A stretch of 64,000 bases of DNA from an uncultured Pseudomonadota bacterium. Its GTDB lineage: Bacteria; Pseudomonadota; Alphaproteobacteria; Rs-D84. Positions 1-10,413 of the stretch are shown one piece after another. The notes under the pieces were generated by a model. The model saw nothing but the letters and a program-made list of their open reading frames with translations, did no database searches and was not told where the DNA came from. A program made the translations under genes and the position numbers. The stretch spans positions 4,579 to 68,578 of the forward strand of contig CASDTC010000004.1 in NCBI GenBank assembly GCA_949283535.1, given 5' to 3'. Every line of letters starts with the position of its first letter. The stretch's first letter is position 1.

Positions 1-1
1 G

Positions 2-139
2 GAAACCGGGCGCGATTCACATACGGGTAATTTCTATTCATGGATGCCCGGCAGTGCCAAGAAAAAGCAAGACGCTTTTGATAAAAATAAAGCAACATTA
101 TTTAACAATTATCTGAATGCTTATGCTTTGACTGCTTGA
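2..139 (+). CDS. 3' end of an upstream gene, partial (about 45 C-terminal codons, product unknown)
   Basis: Open frame from the window edge to TGA at 137-139. A rho-independent terminator follows. Confidence 0.25.
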   Translation, partial: ETGRDSHTGNFYSWMPGSAKKKQDAFDKNKATLFNNYLNAYALTA

Positions 140-177
140 TTTTTATCTGATTTTTTGGTATAATTTTGTATATAAAT

Positions 178-212
178 TCACCGCCGTTCATGGCGGTGTT
201 TTTATTTTTCCA
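178..212 (+). terminator. rho-independent terminator
   Basis: Hairpin caccgcc-gttcat-ggcggtg followed by a T-run. Confidence 0.5.
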
Positions 213-248
213 AACATATTAATTCCCAAATAACAAAGGATTTTTATA

Positions 249-830
249 ATGGCAAGAGTATTGCAAATCAGACGCGGCACAACCGCGCAAAATGACAACT
301 TTACCGGAATGACCGGTGAAATAACATTTGATACAGACGCAAAAACACTGCGTGTGCATGATGGCGAAACACTGGGCGGATTTGCGTTGGCGCGTGCAGA
401 TGCGGTCAGTGGTGGCGGCACAGGTGGTGGCGGGGATTTTGATATAACAGATGTCCCGGCAGAATTTTGGCAGCAACTGTTTGCGCAATATTGCCCGCCC
501 CCGTTTACAGTTATGGACAGTTCATTAATAACTATCCCGGTCAGTGGTGGCACCGAATACGGATTTGAAACATCAAAAAATGCAATGTTTGTGCAAACAT
601 TCTTGGTATGCCAAACGCCCCAGGCAGGATACAGCATCGGTGAATATGTATCTGCATTTGGTATCGGCGACAGCGTGGCACCCCGCCCAAATACTTTCGT
701 TGCGGACAATGTGTTACATGTGCGATTATTAACAGGCGGTAAATCTTTCTGGGTGGCGCACAAAGATACAGGCGCAAAAACACAAATTACAAATGAACGG
801 TGGCGCATTTTATTCCGAGTTTACTGTTGA
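249..830 (+). CDS. hypothetical protein with a phage tail-fibre / Mtd-HylP-type N-terminal domain
   Basis: N-terminus MARVLQIRRGTTAQNDNFTGMTGEITFDTDAKTLRVHDGETLGG matches the widespread phage fibre N-domain motif (RRGT...GE...DTD...DG.T). A glycine-rich linker GGGTGGGGD follows. RBS aaagga sits upstream of the ATG. Confidence 0.5.
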   Translation: MARVLQIRRGTTAQNDNFTGMTGEITFDTDAKTLRVHDGETLGGFALARADAVSGGGTGGGGDFDITDVPAEFWQQLFAQYCPPPFTVMDSSLITIPVSGGTEYGFETSKNAMFVQTFLVCQTPQAGYSIGEYVSAFGIGDSVAPRPNTFVADNVLHVRLLTGGKSFWVAHKDTGAKTQITNERWRILFRVYC

Positions 831-881
831 AACATATAAACTGCTGTGCTATGCTGGGCGCATAGAAAAAAAGGAAAACAA

Positions 882-2123
882 ATGTACATACTTGCTTTGA
901 ACTGTGGTTCGTCATCTTTAAAATACCAGGTTTTTGATGCTGATTCCAAAAAATATGTTGTTGGTGGAAATGTTGAAAAAATCGGATTGCCGGATTCTTT
1001 TATAACACAAAAATATCCAGACGGCACAAAAACACGCAAAGAAACAGAAATGAAGAATCACAACGAAGCATTGAATGTCGTTCTGTTCATGCTGCGCGAG
1101 GCATCAATTGACATGAATGAAATTGGTGGTGTTGGGCATCGTGTTGTTATGGGCGGTGATAAATTTGCATCTTCGGTTGAAATCACTGATGAAGTAATGC
1201 GTACAATTGATGAGTTATCACCAATTGCACCACTGCATAATCCACCGGCATTAATGGGCATTGTAACCGCCCAGCAATTATTACCAAACGCACGCCAGGT
1301 CGCAGTATTTGATACTGCATTTCACCAGACTATGCCAGATTATGCATATCGCTATGCGGTGCCGAATGCATGGTATACAGAACTGGGGGTGCGCAGATAC
1401 GGATTTCACGGGACATCGCATTTATATGTATCAAAACGCGCGGCAAAAATGTTGGGCAAACCGGCAAATGAATGCAATCTGATAACATTGCACATTGGTT
1501 CGGGCGCATCAGCCACCGCAATTAAAAATGGCGTTTCGGTTGATACATCATTGGGCATGACGCCACTGGCTGGGTTGACCATGGGTACACGCCCCGGTGA
1601 TGTTGATCCGGGTGTTATTCTGTATGTAATGGAACAATTACATTTAAGTCCGGAGCAAATGCAAAAGCATTTGAATAAAGATTCTGGGCTGATGGGATTG
1701 ACCGAATGTTTTTCTGATCGGCGCGATGTGGAATCAAACCGCGATACAAATGACAAATGTCGTCTGGCAATAGAAATGGAAACCCATAATGTAAAAAAAT
1801 ATATTGGGGCGTACATGGCGGAATTGGGGCATACAGACGCACTGGTGTTTACCGCGGGCGTGGGTGAAAATGACGATTATTTGCGTGCAAAGTTCTGTTC
1901 GGGGCTGGAAGAATTGGGTATAAAGTTAGACCCAGAAAAAAATTCCGCCGCATTGGCACGCAAGGGCGTTGATGAAGCAGAAATATCTGCCCCCGACAGT
2001 CGCGTGAAAATATTCATGATTGCAACAAATGAAGAACTGGTTATTGTCGAAGACACAATTGCAATTATAAATGGAACATATAATCCAAACCATTTAGAAA
2101 TGGATTATTCGTTTGCGAAATAA
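882..2123 (+). CDS. ackA: acetate kinase
   Basis: MYILALNCGSSSLKYQVF signature. ATG at 882 with RBS aaaggaaaa is preferred over the GTG at 846 used by the ORF track. Confidence 0.9.
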   Translation: MYILALNCGSSSLKYQVFDADSKKYVVGGNVEKIGLPDSFITQKYPDGTKTRKETEMKNHNEALNVVLFMLREASIDMNEIGGVGHRVVMGGDKFASSVEITDEVMRTIDELSPIAPLHNPPALMGIVTAQQLLPNARQVAVFDTAFHQTMPDYAYRYAVPNAWYTELGVRRYGFHGTSHLYVSKRAAKMLGKPANECNLITLHIGSGASATAIKNGVSVDTSLGMTPLAGLTMGTRPGDVDPGVILYVMEQLHLSPEQMQKHLNKDSGLMGLTECFSDRRDVESNRDTNDKCRLAIEMETHNVKKYIGAYMAELGHTDALVFTAGVGENDDYLRAKFCSGLEELGIKLDPEKNSAALARKGVDEAEISAPDSRVKIFMIATNEELVIVEDTIAIINGTYNPNHLEMDYSFAK

Positions 2124-2152
2124 AAAACGGGGCAACGCCCCGTTTTTATTAA
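2124..2152 (+). terminator. rho-independent terminator after ackA
   Basis: aaaaaacggggcaacgccccgtttttatt. Confidence 0.6.
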
Positions 2153-2250
2153 AGAACATATGCCGTGAAACATATCGTGTATCGCCAGGATATGATGTAC
2201 CCTGGGCGCGTCCTGTGTATTTGTTCAAACTGCGTGTTGCTATACTGTTT

Positions 2251-2447
2251 GTCATTGCGAGCATAGCGAAGCAATCCAGTCATTTATGCCCCACATTACT
2301 AACTTGTCATTGCGAGTGAAACGAAGCAATCCAGTAAATAATGCACGCGCGTATGCGCGACATTATTATAACTGGATCGCCGCGGTCGCGTTGCTCCCTC
2401 GCGATGACAAAGGGGTGAGTATCAGCAGAATCCGCGATGACAAAATG
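2251..2447. repeat. MITE-like composite repeat, copy A (TGTCAT[TC]GCGAG units in direct and inverted orientation)
   Basis: Four TGTCAT[TC]GCGAG-type units. The 56-nt core at 2306-2361 is 100% identical to the reverse complement of 19513-19568. Confidence 0.7.
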
Positions 2448-2466
2448 TGAATATAGTTATTGTGTT

Positions 2467-2715
2467 TTATTTTTCATACTGTGGGCGGCGGGGCAATTCA
2501 CGATATTGTGCATTTCGCACCGCCATCATTGCCCATGCGTTATAGAACAATCGTTCCAGCACAAATTCAGGTATTAATTCTTTACCGCTTTCGTATCTTA
2601 ATAATTTCTTTGGGGTTATGCGCAGCATTCTTGCCGCATCGATCCGTCTTATTTTTGCGGTTTTACGCGCACTGCTTATTCTGTGTCCAATGTATGAATT
2701 ATCGACCAGTATCAT
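2467..2715 (-). CDS. small XRE-family helix-turn-helix protein
   Basis: 82 aa with RIDAARMLRITPKKLLRYESGK HTH. A hairpin terminator lies just downstream. Confidence 0.45.
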   Translation of the reverse strand: MILVDNSYIGHRISSARKTAKIRRIDAARMLRITPKKLLRYESGKELIPEFVLERLFYNAWAMMAVRNAQYRELPRRPQYEK

Positions 2716-2933
2716 TTTATACCTCCACTGTTTTTTGTTGTTGGTTAATAAAAACACCGCCGTGATGAATGGCGGTTGGAGGTTCATAACTATTCAAACG
2801 ATAGTGTCGCTTATTCAATATATTCACGACCCTCCAACCAATGGTGGAGATTTTGTTTGAAGAGGTTATGACACCCCGCACTGGTAATCAGCCAATGCGC
2901 ATTTATTATGGCATATATATTCAGAATTTTCAA

Positions 2934-4247
2934 TTATTTTAAAATATCGCCGGATTTTATATATTCTGGGGCATCGCGTGGTAATGATTTCTGGGCGCGG
3001 CGAGCATATTTTTTTGCGTTATCTGTATCGCCAATCATTTGATAGTATTCTGCGCGCGCCCAATCCGCACGACCATCATCATATGCGCGCGCCAGTACCC
3101 AATATGTTAATGGCGCGGGCGCCGCCAATATTGCCCGTTTGCATAATTCAATTGCCCGATCTATATCGCCAGATTTGCGTCGTTCGGTTAAAACCAATGC
3201 CAATGCGGTTTCAATCTGGGGCGCAGAATCTGTTAAATCCAATGATTTTTCATATGCACGAACACTGTCATCATAATGCCCCAGTTGGTATTCGATATCA
3301 CCCAATAATTCATAATAATATGGATTATCGGGATTTCGGGATATTAATGTCATTGTGCCAACGCGCGCACCATCCAGATTACCAACCTGCATCCGGGCAA
3401 TTGCACGCGCATATAATGCCGCATCAGATGTGTCAGAATTTGGATATTTTGTTGCGACATTATCGGCACTGTCCAGATAGCCAATTAATTTTGCCCGCAC
3501 CAATTCGAACCGCGCATTTTGTTTATCCGTTGGTGCATTCGCTGCAATGTAATCAGAATCTAATTTATCAATTTTATCACGAACATTTTTTAATCGTTCC
3601 GCCGTTAATGGATGATTTATTCTGTTCGGGTTTATGCGCGATTCCAAAACGCCGGTCATATTTTCCATTTGTCGAAAGACATCAATAAATCCATTTGGAT
3701 CTAAATCTGCATCTATCATTAATTGCACACCCATGTCATCGGCAATGCGTTCTTCGTCCCGGGTAAATGCCAACATAGACTGCTGGGCAATGCCGCCAGA
3801 ACCCGCCAAGACCCCCGCCCCCAGTGATGGATCGCCACCCGCGACCATTAATCCAATTCCCAATGCCTGGATTAACATTGTACGCGTCATTTCTGCACTG
3901 ATACGCGCCGACATCTGGGTCATATGTCCGCCCAATGTATGTCCCAGTTCGTGTGCAATTACTGCCTGTAATGCCGATGGATTTTTTATCTGGGTCAGCA
4001 AGCCGGTGTAAACATAAACATCTTCGCCGCCCATAACGAATGCATTAAAATCATCACTGTTTATTATATGCACGCGCAGACGACCATCTGGGATATTCGC
4101 CGCCGATGCCAACGGTGCAACAATTTCTGTTAATAATTCTTCGGTTTCAGTATCATTAATCAATGATGCCGCATGTGCGGGCATGGCACAAAATATACAA
4201 ATTAAAAATAAAAATATTTTACGCACTGATTCCAACCCCGCGGTCAA
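2934..4247 (-). CDS. M48-family periplasmic metalloprotease with TPR domain (BepA/YfgC-like)
   Basis: Signal peptide, HELGH zinc motif (AHELGHTLGGH), C-terminal TPR-like repeats. Confidence 0.75.
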   Translation of the reverse strand: MTAGLESVRKIFLFLICIFCAMPAHAASLINDTETEELLTEIVAPLASAANIPDGRLRVHIINSDDFNAFVMGGEDVYVYTGLLTQIKNPSALQAVIAHELGHTLGGHMTQMSARISAEMTRTMLIQALGIGLMVAGGDPSLGAGVLAGSGGIAQQSMLAFTRDEERIADDMGVQLMIDADLDPNGFIDVFRQMENMTGVLESRINPNRINHPLTAERLKNVRDKIDKLDSDYIAANAPTDKQNARFELVRAKLIGYLDSADNVATKYPNSDTSDAALYARAIARMQVGNLDGARVGTMTLISRNPDNPYYYELLGDIEYQLGHYDDSVRAYEKSLDLTDSAPQIETALALVLTERRKSGDIDRAIELCKRAILAAPAPLTYWVLARAYDDGRADWARAEYYQMIGDTDNAKKYARRAQKSLPRDAPEYIKSGDILK

Positions 4248-6270
4248 ATATAAACATTAAATCACGCACAGTCTGTGAAGGTTCCACCATATCACGCGCC
4301 GCAGTGGATGCCAATTTGAATAAATCCCGATGTCGCGCATAATCAACGAAATGATAATTTATCCAACCACTTTGCCGTGTTCCCAATAATTCACCAGTGC
4401 CGCGCATAATTAAATCTTGTTCGGCAATGGCGAAACCATCGTCTGTTTCGGTTAAAACATCCAAGCGTTTTAATCCATCTTCGCTGATATTGCGACCATA
4501 TAATAATATACAATAAGATTGCAAATTGCCGCGTCCAACACGTCCGCGCAACTGGTGTAATGCCGCCAATCCAAATTGTTCTGCATTTTCAATTACAATT
4601 ATTGTTGCACGGGGGACATCAATGCCAACCTCTATGACGGTGGTGGCAACCAATATGCGCATATCTGAATTATTATCGGCAAATCCCGCCATAACCGCAT
4701 CGCGTTGCTTTTTATCCATTTGACCATGAACCAATCCCGCATGCGGGAAATATTTCTTTAATTCATCATACCGGGCATTTACCGCGGTTAAATCAGATAC
4801 ATCAGATTCAGCAACCAATGGGCATACCCAAAATACCTTTGCGCCCGCATCGATTTGTAATTTTAATCGTTCAATTAATTCGCCAATACGCGCGATTGGT
4901 AATTTTGTTGTCTTGATTGGCAGGCGACCCGCAGGCTTTTCATTTATAATCGAAACATCCATATCACCATATATCGTCATTGATAATGTGCGCGGAATTG
5001 GTGTTGCCGATAATGCCAACATGTCTGGATTTGCACCCTTGGACCGTAATGCTTCGCGTTGGGATACACCAAAACGATGCTGTTCATCAATAATAACCAA
5101 TCCCAAATCTTTGTATTCAACATCATCAGAAAACAGTGCATGTGTGCCAACAACAATTTTTGTTCGCCCAGACCGCAATGATATTAATTTCTCACGGCGC
5201 GGGGCACCCTTGTCCCGACCGGTTAAAATATCGCACACAATGCCGATGTTGTCGCACATTGGCTTTATTTTTGCATAATGCTGTTGCGCCAGTGTATCCG
5301 TGGGCGCCAGCAATGCTGTCTGGGCACCAGATTCCGCCATCTTTACCGCGGATGCCAATGCGACGATTGTTTTACCACTGCCGACATCACCCTGGACCAG
5401 GCGCATCATTGGGATATCACGCGTCATGTCTGAAAAAATATCATTTAATGCACGCGTCTGGGCGCCTGTCATTGAAAACGGCAGACATGTATAAAACTTA
5501 TCCATTAAATCATATTTTTTTGGGCGCACTGTACGCCGATTTTGCACATTGGTACGATTACGGCGACTGATAACAATTGCCGACTGGTGCGCCAATAATT
5601 CCCAATATGCCAACTTTACCATATATGGCGAATTAGGATTTAAATCATCATTTGATTCAGGAAAATGAACATGGTGCAATGCGTCAAAAAATTCGCATAT
5701 ATCGTCATTTTCGCCGTGTAATTTATCTGGCAACAATGCAAAAATCTGGTCGCGAACATTGGCAAATGTTTTCTGGGTTAATCCTTCGCCCGCGGGATAA
5801 ATTGCCTGGATCGATGGGATTTTATCGGCATTTTGCATTTCTTCGATAAAATCAGGATGGTTTATTGTTGCCCGCGCACCGCGTTCCAGTTTACCACTGA
5901 CCATGCGCCACGCGCCAATTGGCAATTTTTTCAGCCAATAATCCAGAAAATTTACATTAAAAAATTGAATTACAACACTGTTGCCCATTTTATCTGCACA
6001 TATAATTTGTGTCGGACGACGATGTCCCCGAAATACCCCGCCCGTACGATGCGATTTTACCAATAATGGTATTGTTATAACATCGCCCGGCATTGCCGTG
6101 GCAACATTTTCCGTGATACCGCGTGCGCGAATATATGCCGGTGTGTGCAACATGAAATCCAATACGCGCCGTCCGCCCAGGACATCATCAAACCGTGCCG
6201 CCAAAACCGGACCAACGCCCTTGATAAATTGTAAATCAGTGTTCAAAAATTCAAATAATTCGCGCCTCAT
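4219..6270 (-). CDS. recG: ATP-dependent DNA helicase RecG
   Basis: 683 aa. Wedge domain plus helicase motifs GDVGSGKT and DEQHRFG. Confidence 0.9.
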   Translation of the reverse strand: MRRELFEFLNTDLQFIKGVGPVLAARFDDVLGGRRVLDFMLHTPAYIRARGITENVATAMPGDVITIPLLVKSHRTGGVFRGHRRPTQIICADKMGNSVVIQFFNVNFLDYWLKKLPIGAWRMVSGKLERGARATINHPDFIEEMQNADKIPSIQAIYPAGEGLTQKTFANVRDQIFALLPDKLHGENDDICEFFDALHHVHFPESNDDLNPNSPYMVKLAYWELLAHQSAIVISRRNRTNVQNRRTVRPKKYDLMDKFYTCLPFSMTGAQTRALNDIFSDMTRDIPMMRLVQGDVGSGKTIVALASAVKMAESGAQTALLAPTDTLAQQHYAKIKPMCDNIGIVCDILTGRDKGAPRREKLISLRSGRTKIVVGTHALFSDDVEYKDLGLVIIDEQHRFGVSQREALRSKGANPDMLALSATPIPRTLSMTIYGDMDVSIINEKPAGRLPIKTTKLPIARIGELIERLKLQIDAGAKVFWVCPLVAESDVSDLTAVNARYDELKKYFPHAGLVHGQMDKKQRDAVMAGFADNNSDMRILVATTVIEVGIDVPRATIIVIENAEQFGLAALHQLRGRVGRGNLQSYCILLYGRNISEDGLKRLDVLTETDDGFAIAEQDLIMRGTGELLGTRQSGWINYHFVDYARHRDLFKLASTAARDMVEPSQTVRDLMFIFDRGVGISA

Positions 6271-6324
6271 ATACTATAAAATTAGTCAAAATATACAAAT
6301 TTATCAATCATAAAAAGTTTATAA

Positions 6325-6356
6325 AAAAAATCGCCCAAATGGGCGATTTTTTTATC
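6325..6356. terminator. bidirectional hairpin terminator between recG and rne
   Basis: aaaaaaaatcgcccaaatgggcgattttttt. Confidence 0.5.
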
Positions 6357-8148
6357 CAACCAATTTTTGCCAAATTGATTTCTTTTTTGATGCGCCCGTT
6401 TTGCGTTTACGCCGTGGGGCATTCATTGTTGTTTTGCGCGCATCCATATGTTGCGCATTTTTCTTTTTGGCATCCGTTGATGGTGCGTATGCATTCAGAA
6501 TATCATCTGTTTTATTCTGTTCGGGCGCAACACGCTGTATCGAATATTGATCAATATTCATCAAACTGTCATCACCAACGATAACAATTTCTGTATCAAA
6601 TTCAGATTCCATTGCCGCCAATTCTGCGCGTTTGTTGTTCAGCAAATAAATCGCCACATCGGTCGGAACAGTCATGATGATTTTCTGGGCGCTTTTTGCC
6701 AACAGTTTTTCTTGCAAATGGCGGAACAATATAATAGATGCCGTCTGGATTGATGGTACAACCCCCGCCCCCATACAGTGTGGACACTGGACATAGGATG
6801 ATTCCATAAAACTGCTGCGCAGGCGTTGGCGCGACAGCATCAACACACCAAAGTTGTTGATTTTTGCCACCTGGGTACGGGCGCGATCGCGTTTCATAAC
6901 TTCGCGCATTTTCATTTCCAGTTTACGATTGTTCTTTTCTTCTTCCATATCGATAAAGTCAATCGCGATAATCCCCGCCAAATCGCGCAGGCGCAATTGC
7001 AATGCGATTTCTTCGGCAGCCTCTAAATTAGTATTCAGTGCGGTTTGTTCAATGTCTTTCTCTTTAATCGCACGGGATGAATTAACATCGATTGTAACCA
7101 TTGCTTCGGTCTGATTAATAACCAATGAACCGCCCGATGGCAATTGAACATATGGTCCATGCATGCCTTCCAGTTGCTTTTCAACCCCCGCCTTGACCAT
7201 CAGTGGCACGGCAGTGTCGCGATATTGCACCAATTGTTTACGCGGGGCGCGACCGTACATTTGAACAAAATACTGTTTTGCCGCATCAAATGCTTCTTCG
7301 CCTTGGACAATTAAAACATCGTCCTTGTCCGACAAGAAATCACGCACGACACGACGCAATAATGAATCTTCGGTATGAATGGTAACCGGTGCAACTGATT
7401 CCAGTGTTGTTTTACGGATTTCGTTCCACAGGTTTACCAGGTAATCATAATCCTTGGCAATATCGACCGCATTTGCGCCAAATGCCGCCGTACGAAGAAC
7501 CACGGTCATACCCTTTGGAATCTTTAATTCATGCAATATTTCACGCAGACGCGCGCGTTCCGTTTTATCAGAAATCTTTTTAGATATTCCATAACTGTTG
7601 CGTTTGCGCGAATTCGGCATCAGCACCGCAAAACGACCCGCCAATGACAAATATGTCGTCATTGACGCACCCTTTTGTCCGCGTTCTTCTTTGACACCCT
7701 GGACCAGTAATATTTGTTTTGGTTTTATAACATCTTGTATCTTGAATTCGCGGGCGCGTTTGACAAATTCTTTATTATCTTCACCGGCGCTGTGATCATC
7801 ATATTCGGCAACTTCATCCGTTTCATCATCTGGATCGTCGTCGTCATCAATGATATTTGCATGTGCCAATTCCAGTAATTTCTTTTTCTGTTCTGGGGTC
7901 ACCTGGTAATAATCTGGATGAATTTCAGAAAATGGTAAAAATCCATTCTTGCCCGAACCGTAATCAACGAATGCCGCCTGCAAGGAAGGTTCAACGCGAA
8001 TAACCTTTGCCAGATAAATGTTCCCTTTTATCTGGGGCTTTGTGGTTGTTTCAACGTCAAAATCCGAAACGCGGTTGGTCGCGGTATCCACCACGACAAC
8101 CCGGGTTTCTTCCGGGTGGACTGCGTCCACATAAATCTTCTTTGACAT
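6352..8148 (-). CDS. rne: ribonuclease E/G family endoribonuclease (short, 598 aa)
   Basis: N-terminal S1 and catalytic domain MSKKIYVDAVHPEETRVVVVD... with an Arg/Lys-rich tail. The long scaffold region of canonical RNase E is absent. Confidence 0.85.
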   Translation of the reverse strand: MSKKIYVDAVHPEETRVVVVDTATNRVSDFDVETTTKPQIKGNIYLAKVIRVEPSLQAAFVDYGSGKNGFLPFSEIHPDYYQVTPEQKKKLLELAHANIIDDDDDPDDETDEVAEYDDHSAGEDNKEFVKRAREFKIQDVIKPKQILLVQGVKEERGQKGASMTTYLSLAGRFAVLMPNSRKRNSYGISKKISDKTERARLREILHELKIPKGMTVVLRTAAFGANAVDIAKDYDYLVNLWNEIRKTTLESVAPVTIHTEDSLLRRVVRDFLSDKDDVLIVQGEEAFDAAKQYFVQMYGRAPRKQLVQYRDTAVPLMVKAGVEKQLEGMHGPYVQLPSGGSLVINQTEAMVTIDVNSSRAIKEKDIEQTALNTNLEAAEEIALQLRLRDLAGIIAIDFIDMEEEKNNRKLEMKMREVMKRDRARTQVAKINNFGVLMLSRQRLRSSFMESSYVQCPHCMGAGVVPSIQTASIILFRHLQEKLLAKSAQKIIMTVPTDVAIYLLNNKRAELAAMESEFDTEIVIVGDDSLMNIDQYSIQRVAPEQNKTDDILNAYAPSTDAKKKNAQHMDARKTTMNAPRRKRKTGASKKKSIWQKLVG

Positions 8149-8354
8149 TTAGTAATCCTTTTGTTTTATACGCGTATGCAATGGCAATAACCCGTCCCCG
8201 TGGGGCGTCCATGCCCATGCCAAGGGAATGCGCAACGATGATAAACAGCGCAAATCGAATTATATAAACCAGTGATAACACAAACACTTATATTAACCCC
8301 ATTGTAATACGCATTTGCCAGCATAGCATGCAAATATACCATATGGCAAGGCAA

Positions 8355-9377
8355 TTATTTTTTGCGGCGTGGGATATTTTTTATCTGTTGTTGAATTTTT
8401 GGAATGCGTTCCTTGGCATCCGCCAGCCAGCGCTTCATTCGCGTCCGCAACCAATTTTCATATATGAAAAACAGTCCACCAACCCCAATTAATGGCAAAA
8501 CATAGTATATTATTCGATATGCCAATAACGCGCCAAAAATATCCGCCTTGTCCACGGTATCTGGCAATGCCAGCAAGAAGATACTTTCAAACACCCCAAT
8601 TCCACCAGGGACCTGGCTGAAAACGCCAGTTGTTTGGGCAATTACAAACAGACCAATATATGTACCAAATGGAATCTGGACAAATGGCAACAGGCAAAAA
8701 TATAAAACCAATCCCGCCAGGAAACTGTCTGCGCCCCCCAGAACCATTTGTAATAACGCTGTTTTTGTTGTTGGAATGTGAAATTTGATTTTTCCAATTT
8801 TAATGCTTTTTCGCTGGAAAAATATTGTTGCGGCAAAATATGCCAATACGGCGGCACTGCATATTATAAATAATGTATTAATCCCGACACTGGCGCCAAC
8901 AGACTGATCCAGTAATGCGGACGGCACCAAAAAGTATCCAATAATTAATATCGCAGAACATCCCAGAAAAAATGTAAAACCGGAAAATGTTATCATTTTT
9001 ACAATATCGCCGCCATTAATACGCCACCGCGTATACAGCCGATATCGTATTGCGCCACCACTGACCACCGCATGACCGGCATTATTACTGATTGCGAACC
9101 CCAGCATCCCCGCCAGCATCCATTTCCACCACGATACACGCGCCCCAATATATCGCAATGCCAGATAATCATATAATGATAATGCCAAATATCCTGCGAA
9201 ACATGCAATACATGCCGCAACCAGGTTTTCAATCGGGATTGCTGTAATGGCATGAATAATGTCAGAAAAACTGTATTCACGCAATTGCCACCATAACATC
9301 CCCGCGGCCAGTATAAAAAAGAATATACCTGAATAACTGACTAACTTTTTAAACAGGCGTTTTGCCTTGGCTGACAT
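8355..9377 (-). CDS. multi-pass membrane protein, lysylphosphatidylglycerol-synthase TM-region / UPF0104 flippase-like
   Basis: 340 aa, about 8 TM segments, no soluble catalytic domain. Confidence 0.55.
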   Translation of the reverse strand: MSAKAKRLFKKLVSYSGIFFFILAAGMLWWQLREYSFSDIIHAITAIPIENLVAACIACFAGYLALSLYDYLALRYIGARVSWWKWMLAGMLGFAISNNAGHAVVSGGAIRYRLYTRWRINGGDIVKMITFSGFTFFLGCSAILIIGYFLVPSALLDQSVGASVGINTLFIICSAAVLAYFAATIFFQRKSIKIGKIKFHIPTTKTALLQMVLGGADSFLAGLVLYFCLLPFVQIPFGTYIGLFVIAQTTGVFSQVPGGIGVFESIFLLALPDTVDKADIFGALLAYRIIYYVLPLIGVGGLFFIYENWLRTRMKRWLADAKERIPKIQQQIKNIPRRKK

Positions 9378-9501
9378 AAAAATCCTTTTTCAGGGCGCAG
9401 GATAGCAGCATATATAAAAAAAATCAAATTTAAAAAAATTGCAATCTGCCCCACCTGTTATATAGTAATGTGTACAATAATAAAAAAGAGGAACATAAAC
9501 C

Positions 9502-10218
9502 ATGATGCGACCATCAATGCGTAAATTTGATCAAATGCGCCCTGTATCAATTGAAACAGGTATTAACAAGTGGGCAGAAGGCTCTTGCCTGATTAAAATT
9601 GGCGGAACACATGTATTGTGTACAGCATCGGTTGATTTAAATCAACCATTGTGGAAACGATTACAACATAAAACTGGCGGTTGGGTCACGGCAGAATATT
9701 CAATGCTGCCGCGGGCAAACGATACACGCAAAGGTCGCGAAACATTAATGAAAGATCATCGCAATGCGGAAATATCACGACTGATTGGGCGCGCATTACG
9801 CAGCGTTGTTGATATGGAAAAACTGGGGCGGCACACGATAACAATTGACTGTGATGTAATCCAGGCAGATGGTGGAACGCGATGCGCATCAATTACAGGC
9901 GGATTTGTCGCATTGGTATTGGCTGTGCGTTGGCTGATTGAAAATGGTCGGATAAATGAAAACCCAATACAGGATTATGTTGCCGCAGTTTCAGCAGGAC
10001 TGTGGAAAAACGAATTAATACTGGATCTGGATTTTGATGAAGATTGCGTTGCAGAAACAGATGCAAATTTTGTTGTTTCTGGCGATGGTCGATTTATTGA
10101 AATCCAGGCGACTGGCGAACAACACCCATTTAATACAGAACAAATATTAAAATTAATGGAAATGGGTGCAATTGGATGTAAAAAATTGATAGATTTACAA
10201 AAACAAGTATTGGAATAA
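9502..10218 (+). CDS. rph: ribonuclease PH
   Basis: MRPSMRKFDQMRPVSIETG...HVLCTA matches the RNase PH N-terminus. Length 238 aa. Confidence 0.9.
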   Translation: MMRPSMRKFDQMRPVSIETGINKWAEGSCLIKIGGTHVLCTASVDLNQPLWKRLQHKTGGWVTAEYSMLPRANDTRKGRETLMKDHRNAEISRLIGRALRSVVDMEKLGRHTITIDCDVIQADGGTRCASITGGFVALVLAVRWLIENGRINENPIQDYVAAVSAGLWKNELILDLDFDEDCVAETDANFVVSGDGRFIEIQATGEQHPFNTEQILKLMEMGAIGCKKLIDLQKQVLE

Positions 10219-10413
10219 AAAATCGCCCGATGGGCGCTTTTTTATTTCTGGGGCGGATGACCGGATTGCTGCGCCACCTGGCAAAATTTGCTGGCGCAAA
10301 CCGGCGCACTGCCGTTCGCCTTTTTGCGGCGGTTCGAACGGCTTTTTCGCCGGTTCGAACCCGACCCGTCCAAAGTTATAAAAATACCGGCATTTCGCCG
10401 GTATTTTTATAAC

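Noticed and set aside
846-881. GTG start for ackA used by the ORF track
   Set aside because: The ATG at 882 sits 7 nt after a strong RBS and gives the canonical MYILALNCGSSS N-terminus. The upstream extension is unlikely.
2978-4011. 236-aa and 125-aa plus-strand ORFs inside the BepA-like gene
   Set aside because: They are His/Pro/Arg-rich antisense translations of a gene with clear HELGH and TPR motifs.
4526-6313. Several 64-144-aa plus-strand ORFs within recG
   Set aside because: They are antisense to recG (intact helicase motifs). No RBSs and no motifs.
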